Shown here: positions 57,101 to 64,000 of the stretch, piece by piece
How positions within the stretch are numbered: the stretch's first letter is position 1
How the letters are laid out: the number at the start of each line of letters is the position of its first letter
Made by a program: the position numbers and the translations under genes
NCBI GenBank assembly: GCA_964016885.1
Contig: OZ024741.1
Location: forward strand, 396,366,001-396,430,000
DNA: 64,000 bases
Source: Eledone cirrhosa
Lineage: Eukaryota
Direction of reading: 5' to 3'
The notes under the pieces: model-generated
Databases searched by the model: none
The model's input: only the letters and a program-made list of their open reading frames with translations
Told to the model about the DNA's origin: nothing

Positions 57101-58500
57101 AAGGGTCAAATTCCTTCAATCAGTCACACCACAAGGGTCAAAGTGCATCAATCAGTCACACCACAAGGGTCAAATTCCTTCAATCAGTCACACCACAAGG
57201 GTCAAAGTGCATCAATCAGTCACACCACAAGAGTCAAAGTGCTTCAATCAGTCACACCACAAGGGTCAAATTTCTTCAATCAGTCACACCACAAGGGTCA
57301 AAGTGCATCAATCAGTCACACCACAAGGGTCAAAGTGCATCAATCAGTCACACCACAAGGGTCAAAGTGCATCAATCAGCCACACCACAAGGGTCAAAGT
57401 GCATCAATCAGTCACACCACAAGAGTCAAAGTGCATCAATCAGTCACACCACAAGGGTCAAAGTGCATCAATCAGTCACACCACAAGGGTCAAAGTGCAT
57501 CAATCAGTCACACCACAAGAGTCAAAGTGCATCAATCAGTCACACCACAAGGGTCAAAGTGCATCAATCAGTCACACCTCAAGGGTCAAAGTGCATCAAT
57601 CAGTCACACCACAAGGGTCAAAGTGCATCAATCAGTCACACCACAAGAGTAAAAGTGCATCAATCAGTCACACCACAAGGGTCAAATTCCTTCAATCAGT
57701 CACACCACAAGAGTCAAAGTGCATCAATCAGTCACACCACAAGGGTCAAAGTGCATCAATCAGTTACACCACAAGGGTCAAAGTGCATCAATCAGTCACA
57801 CCACACGAGTCAAAGTGCATCAATCAGTCACACCACAAGGGTCAAAGTGCATCAATCAGTCACACCACAAGGGTCAAAGTGCATCACAGTCACACCACAA
57901 GTGTCAAAGTGCATCAATCAGTCACACCACAAGGGTCAAAGTGCATCAATCAGTCACACCACAAGAGTCAAAGTGCATCAATCAGCCACACCACAAGGGT
58001 CAAAGTGCATCAATCAGTCACACCACAAGGGTCAAAGTGCATCAATCAGTCACACCACAAGGGTCAAAGTGCATCAATCAGTCACACCACAAGGGTCAAA
58101 GTGCATCAATCAGTCACACCACAAGAGTCAAAGTGCATCAATCAGTCACACCACAAGAGTCAAGGCGCACCAATCAGTCACACCACAAGGGTCAAATTCC
58201 TTCAATCAGTCACACCACAAGGGTCAAAGTGCATCAATCAGTCACACCTCAAGAGTCAAAGTGCATCAATCAGTCACACCACAAGGGTCAAAGTGCATCA
58301 ATCAGTCACACCACGAGGGTCAAAGTGCATCAATCAGTCACACCACAAGGGTCAAAGTGCATCAATCAGTCACACCACAAGGGTCAAAGTGCATCAATCA
58401 GTCACACCACAAGGGTCAAAGTGCATCAATCAGTCACACCACAAGGGTCAAAGTGCATCAATCAGTCACACCACAAGAGTCAAAGTGCATCAATCAGTCA
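45200..58500. repeat. Segmental duplication, offset about 9559 bp (about 45.2-48.8 kb and about 54.8-58.5 kb)
   Basis: AATTAGTC at 45351/54910 and ACACGACGAG at 45711/55270 were seen only in these two copies, and GATC is at 45411/54970. 9559 = 299x32 - 9, matching the intervening 2+4+2+1 bp deletions. Confidence 0.88.
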
Positions 58501-59139
58501 CACCACAAGGGTCAAATTCCTTCAATCAGTCACACCACAAGAGTCAAAGTGCATCAATCAGTCACACCACAAGGGTCAAAGTGCATCAATCAGTCACACC
58601 ACAAGGGTCAAAGTGCATCAATCATTCACACCACAAGGGTCAAAGTGCATCAATCAGTCACACCACAAGGGTCAAAGTGCATCAATCAGTCACACCACAA
58701 GAGTCAAAGTGCATCAATCAGTCACACCACAAGGGTCAAATTCCTTCAATCAGTCACACCACAAGGGTCAAAGTGCATCAATCAGTCACACCACAAGAGT
58801 CAAAGTGCATCAATCAGTCACACCACAAGGGTCAAAGTGCATCAATCAGTCACACCACGAGGGTCAAAGTGCATCAATCAGTCACACGACAAGGGTCAAA
58901 GTGCATCAATCAGTCACACCACAAGGGTCAAAGTGCATCAATCAGTCACACCACAAGAGTAAAAGTGCATCAATCAGTCACACCACAAGGGTCAAAGTGC
59001 ATCAATCAGCCACACCACAAGGTTCAAAGTGCATCAATCAGTCACACCACAAGAGTCAAAGTGCATCAATCAGTCACACCACAAGGGTCAAAGTGCATCA
59101 ATCAGTCACACCACAAGGGTCAAAGTGCATCAATCAGTC

Positions 59140-62100
59140 ACACCACAAGGTTCAAAGTGCATCAATCAGTCACACCACAAGAGTCAAAGTGCATCAATCA
59201 GTCACACCACAAGGGTCAAAGTGCATCAATCAGTTACACCACAAGAGTCAATGTGCATCAATCAGTTACACCACAAGAGTCAAAGTGCATCAATCAGACA
59301 CACCACAAGGGTCAAAGTGCATCAATCAGTTACACCACAAGAGTCAAAGTGCATCAATCAGTTACACCACAAGAGTCAAAGTGCATCAATCAGTCACACC
59401 ACAAGAGTCAAAGTGCATCAATCAGTAACACCACAAGGGTCAAAGTGCATCAATCAGTCACACCACAAGGGTCAAAGTGCATCAATCAGTCACACCACAA
59501 GAGTCAAAGTGCATCAATCAGTCACACCACAAGGGTCAAAGTCCATCAATCAGTCACACCACAAGGGTCAAAGTGCATCAATCAGTCACACCACAAGGGT
59601 CAAAGTGCATCAAACAGTCACACCACAAGAGTCAAAGTGCATCAATCAGTCACACCACAAGGGTCAAATTCTTTCAATCAGTCACACCACAAGAGTCAAA
59701 GTGCATCAATCAGTCACACCACAAGGGTCAAAGTGCATCAATCAGTCACACCACAAGGGTCAAAGTGTTTCAATCAGTCACACCACAAGGGTCAAAGTGC
59801 ATCAATCAGTCACACCACAAGTGTCAAAATGTTTCAAACAGTCACACCACAAGGGTCAAATTGCATCAATCAGTCACACCACAAGAGTCAAAGTGCATCA
59901 ATCAATCACACCACAAGGGTCAAAGTGCATCAATCAGTCACACCACAAGGGTCAAAGTGTTTCAATCAGTCACACCACAAGGGTCAAAGTGCATCAATCA
60001 GTCACACCACAAGGGTCAAAGTGCATCAATCAGTCACACCACAAGGGTCAAAGTGCATCAATCAGTCACACCACAAGGGTCAAATTCCTTCAATCAGTCA
60101 CACCACAAGTGTCAAAGTGTTTCAATCAGTCACACCACAAGGGTCAAAGTGCATCAATCAGTCACACCACTAGGGTCAAAGTGCATCAATCAGTCACACC
60201 ACAAGGGTCAAATTCCTTCAATCAGTCACACCACAAGGGTCAAAGTGTTTCAATCAGTCACACCACAAGGGTCAAAGTGTTTCAATCAGTCACACAACAA
60301 GGGTCAAAGTGCATCAATCAGTCACACCACAAGGGTCAAATTCCTTCAATCAGTCACACCACAAGGGTCAAAGTGCATCTATCAGTCACACTACAAGGGT
60401 CAAAGTGCATCAATCAGTCACACCACAAGAGTCAAAGTGCTTCAATCAGTCACACCACAAGGGTCAAATTCCTTCAATCAGTTACACCACAAGGGTCAAA
60501 GTGTTTCAATCAGTCACACCACAAGGGTCAAATTCCTTCAATCAGTCACACCACAAGGGTCAAAGTGCATCAATCAGTCACACCACAAGGGTCAAATTCC
60601 TTCAATCAGTCACACCACAAGGGTCAAAGTGCATCAATCAGTCACACCACAAGAGTCAAAGTGCTTCAATCAGTCACACCACAAGGGTCAAATTTCTTCA
60701 ATCAGTCACACCACAAGGGTCAAAGTGCATCAATCAGTCACACCACAAGGGTCAAAGTGCATCAATCAGTCACACCACAAGGGTCAAAGTGCATCAATCA
60801 GCCACACCACAAGGGTCAAAGTGCATCAATCAGTCACACCACAAGAGTCAAAGTGCATCAATCAGTCACACCACAAGGGTCAAAGTGCATCAATCAGTCA
60901 CACCACAAGGGTCAAAGTGCATCAATCAGTCACACCACAAGAGTCAAAGTGCATCAATCAGTCACACCACAAGGGTCAAAGTGCATCAATCAGTTACACC
61001 ACAAAGGTCAAAGTGCATCAATCAGTCACACCACACGAGTCAAAGTGCATCAATCAGTCACACCACAAGGGTCAAAGTGCATCAATCAGTCACACCACAA
61101 GGGTCAAAGTGCATCACAGTCACACCACAAGTGTCAAAGTGCATCAATCAGTCACACCACAAGGGTCAAAGTGCATCAATCAGTCACACCACAAGAGTCA
61201 AAGTGCATCAATCAGCCACACCACAAGGGTCAAAGTGCATCAATCAGTCACACCACAAGGGTCAAAGTGCATCAATCAGTCACACCACAAGGGTCAAAGT
61301 GCATCAATCAGTCACACCACAAGGGTCAAAGTGCATCAATCAGTCACACCACAAGAGTCAAAGTGCATCAATCAGTCACACCACAAGAGTCAAGGGGCAC
61401 CAATCAGTCACACCACAAGGGTCAAATTCCTTCAATCAGTCACACCACAAGGGTCATAGTGCATCAATCAGTCACACCTCAAGAGTCAAAGTGCATCAAT
61501 CAGTCACACCACAAGGGTCAAAGTGCATCAATCAGTCACACCACGAGGGTCAAAGTGCATCAATCAGTCACACCACAAGGGTCAAAGTGCATCAATCAGT
61601 CACACCACAAGGGTCAAAGTGCATCAATCAGTCACACCACAAGGGTCAAAGTGCATCAATCAGTCACACCACAAGGGTCAAAGTGCATCAATCAGTCACA
61701 CCACAAGAGTCAAAGTGCATCAATCAGTCACACCACAAGGGTCAAATTCCTTCAATCAGTCACACCACAAGGGTCAAAGTGCATCAATCAGTCACACCAC
61801 ACGAGTCAAAGTGCATCAATCAGTCACACCACAAGGGTCAAAGTGCATCAATCAGTCACACCACAAGGGTCAAAGTGCATCAATCAGTCACACCACAAGA
61901 GTCAAAGTGCATCAATCAGCCACACCACAAGGGTCAAAGTGCATCAATCAGTCACACCACAAGGGTCAAAGTGCATCAATCAGTCAGACCACAAGGGTCA
62001 AAGTGGATCAATCAGTCACACCACAAGGTTCAAAGTGCATCAATCAGTCACACCACAAGGGTCAAAGTGCATCAATCAGTCACACCACAAGAGTCAAAGT

Positions 62101-62280
62101 GCATCAATCAGTGACACCACAAGAGTCAAAGGGCACCAATCAGTCACACCACAAGGGTCAAATTCCTTCAATCAGTCACACCACAAGGGTCAAAGTGTAT
62201 CAATCAGTCACACCTCAAGAGTCAAAGTGCATCAATCAGTCACACCACAAGGGTCAAAGTGCATCAATCAGACACACCAC
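59140..62280. repeat. Copy of about 46190-49330 (offset 12949 bp)
   Basis: GTTCAAAG at 46201/59150, the CTAT marker at 47427/60376, the 2-bp deletion GCATCACAG at 48162/61111, and 601-aa pseudo-ORFs at 47360-49165 and 60309-62114. Confidence 0.85.
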
Positions 62281-62284
62281 GAGG

Positions 62285-63650
62285 GTCAAATTCCTTCAAT
62301 CAGTCACACCACAAGAGTCAAAATGCATCAATCAGTCACACCACAAGGGTCAAAGTGCATCAATCAGTTACACCACAAGGGTGAAAGTGCATCAATCAGT
62401 CACACCACACGAGTCAAAGTGCATCAATCAGTCACACCACAAGGGTCAAAGTGCATCAATCAGTCACACCACAAGGGTCAAAGTGCATCACAGTCACACC
62501 ACAAGTGTCAAAGTGCATCAATCAGTCACACCACAAGGGTCAAAGTGCATCAATCAGTCACACCACAAGAGTCAAAGTGCATCAATCAGCCACACCACAA
62601 GGGTCAAAGTGCATCAATCAGTCACACCACAAGGGTCAAAGTGCATCAATCAGTCACACCACAAGGGTCAAAGTGCATCAATCAGTCACACCACAAGGGT
62701 CAAAGTGCATCAATCAGTCACACCACAGGAGTCAAAGTGCATCAATCAGTCACACCACAAGAGTCAAGGCGCACCAATCAGTCACACCACAAGGGTCAAA
62801 TTCCTTCAATCAGTCACACCACAAGGGTCAAAGCGCATCAATCAGTCACACCTCAAGAGTCAAAGTGCATCAATCAGTCACACCACAAGGGTCAAAGTGC
62901 ATCAATCAGTCACACCACGAGGGTCAAAGTGCATCAATCAGTCACACCACAAGGGTCAAAGTGCATCAATCAGTCACACCACAAGGGTCAAAGTGCATCA
63001 ATCAGTCACACCACAAGGGTCAAAGTGCATCAATCAGTCACACCACAAGAGTCAAAGTGCATCAATCAGTCACACCACAAGGGTCAAATTCCTTCAATCA
63101 GTCACACCACAAGGGTCAAAGTGCATCAATCAGTCACACCACAAGGGTCAAAGTGCATCAATCAGTCACACCACAAGGGTCAAAGTGCATCAATCATTCA
63201 CACCACAAGGGTCAAAGTGCATCAATCAGTCACACCACAAGGGTCAAAGTGCATCAATCAGTCACACCACAAGAGTCAAAGTGCATCAATCAGTCACACC
63301 ACAAGGGTCAAATTCCTTCAATCAGTCACACCACAAGGGTCAAAGTGCATCAATCAGTCACACCACAAGAGTCAAAGTGCATCAATCAGTCACACCACAA
63401 GGGTCAAAGTGCATCAATCAGTCACACCACGAGGGTCAAAGTGCATCAATCAGTCACACGACAAGGGTCAAAGTGCATCAATCAGTCACACCACAAGGGT
63501 CAAAGTGCATCAATCAGTCACACCACAAGAGTAAAAGTGCATCAATCAGTCACACCACAAGGGTCAAAGTGCATCAATCAGCCACACCACAAGGTTCAAA
63601 GTGCATCAATCAGTCACACCACAAGAGTCAAAGTGCATCAATCAGTCACA
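62285..63650. repeat. Copy of about 57680-59080 (offset 4604, then 4572 bp)
   Basis: TCAAGGCGCACC at 58160/62764 was seen only in these two places. The 2-bp deletion is at 57881/62485, and the GAGTAAAAG stop variant ends ORFs at 58962/63534. Confidence 0.85.
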
Positions 63651-64000
63651 CCACAAGGGTCAAAGTGCATCAATCAGTCACACCACAAGGGTCAAAGTGC
63701 ATCAATCAGTCACACCACAAGGGTCAAAGTGCATCAATCAGCCACACCACAAGGTTCAAAGTGCATCAATCAGTCACACCACAAGAGTCAAAGTGCATCA
63801 ATCAGTCACACCACAAGGGTCAAAGTGCATCAATCAGTTACACCACAAGAGTCAATGTGCATCAATCAGTTACACCACAAGAGTCAAAGTGCATCAATCA
63901 GACACACCACAAGGGTCAAAGTGCATCAATCAGTTACACCACAAGAGTCAAAGTGCATCAATCAGTTACACCACAAGAGTCAAAGTGCATCAATCAGTCA

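Larger units (their letters stand above)
1..64000. repeat. 32-bp tandem satellite array (2000 full monomers plus a partial one), consensus TCAAAGTGCATCAATCAGTCACACCACAAGGG; extends beyond both window edges
   Basis: Read directly: a monomer starts at 1, 33, 65 and so on, and the last starts at 63980 = 1 + 2000x32 - 21. This matches six 1-bp deletions, five 2-bp deletions, one further 1-bp deletion and one 4-bp deletion. All monomers have the same orientation and most differ from consensus by 0-3 substitutions. Confidence 0.99.

Noticed and set aside
38-63534. The many long overlapping + strand ORFs (up to 3598 aa) as protein-coding genes
   Set aside because: All three frames give the same cyclic peptide because the monomer lacks stops and is not a multiple of 3. 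Most starts are GTG within the repeat, there is no unique domain or terminus, and stop and frameshift variants are propagated without apparent selection.
1-64000. CRISPR array (32-bp unit is in the CRISPR repeat size range)
   Set aside because: Monomers abut directly with no unique spacers, and there is no leader, no cas gene and no palindromic repeat stem.
1-64000. Variant order as a functional digital code or diversity-generating cassette system
   Set aside because: The order is adequately explained by nested duplication of neutral variants. No recombinase, reverse transcriptase, expression site or template/variable pair is present.
1-64000. Telomerase-synthesised telomeric tract or G-quadruplex array
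   Set aside because: Kilobase blocks of ordered variants are copied, which a short RNA template cannot produce. G-runs are single GGG or GG tracts 32 bp apart, which is poor for quadruplex formation.
1-64000. Embedded transposon, inversion, tRNA/rRNA or unique island
   Set aside because: None was seen on reading through. Monomer phase is conserved end to end once 21 bp of deletions are counted, and the ORF track shows only repeat-derived peptides.
1-64000. Rolling-circle or sequencing concatemer artefact of one 32-mer
   Set aside because: Variants recur in long, ordered, hierarchically shared blocks rather than as random errors, which indicates real evolutionary history. The exact block order could still contain assembly errors.

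Overview
The whole 64-kb window is one uninterrupted head-to-tail satellite array of a 32-bp monomer, consensus TCAAAGTGCATCAATCAGTCACACCACAAGGG (A12 C9 G6 T5, about 47% GC, no CpG). It holds 2000 monomers from 1 to 63979 plus a 21-bp partial unit. The phase arithmetic closes exactly with the 21 bp of small deletions I found. I saw no unique sequence, inversion, transposon, RNA gene or CRISPR spacer. All listed ORFs are best explained as repeat artefacts: the + strand monomer has no stop triplet and 32 is not a multiple of 3, so every frame gives the same cyclic 32-aa peptide, mostly from GTG 'starts'. The real information lies in the order of variant monomers. It shows an irregular higher-order repeat of about 144-149 monomers (4.6-4.8 kb), rearranged by nested duplications from 1 monomer up to offsets of about 28 kb, with a change in diagnostic variants near 43.4 kb. 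The organism cannot be identified from this window; this architecture is typical of eukaryotic satellite DNA. I cannot support a new protein-coding or defence system here. The most testable ideas are the array history and a DR1-like nuclear-receptor site in most monomers.
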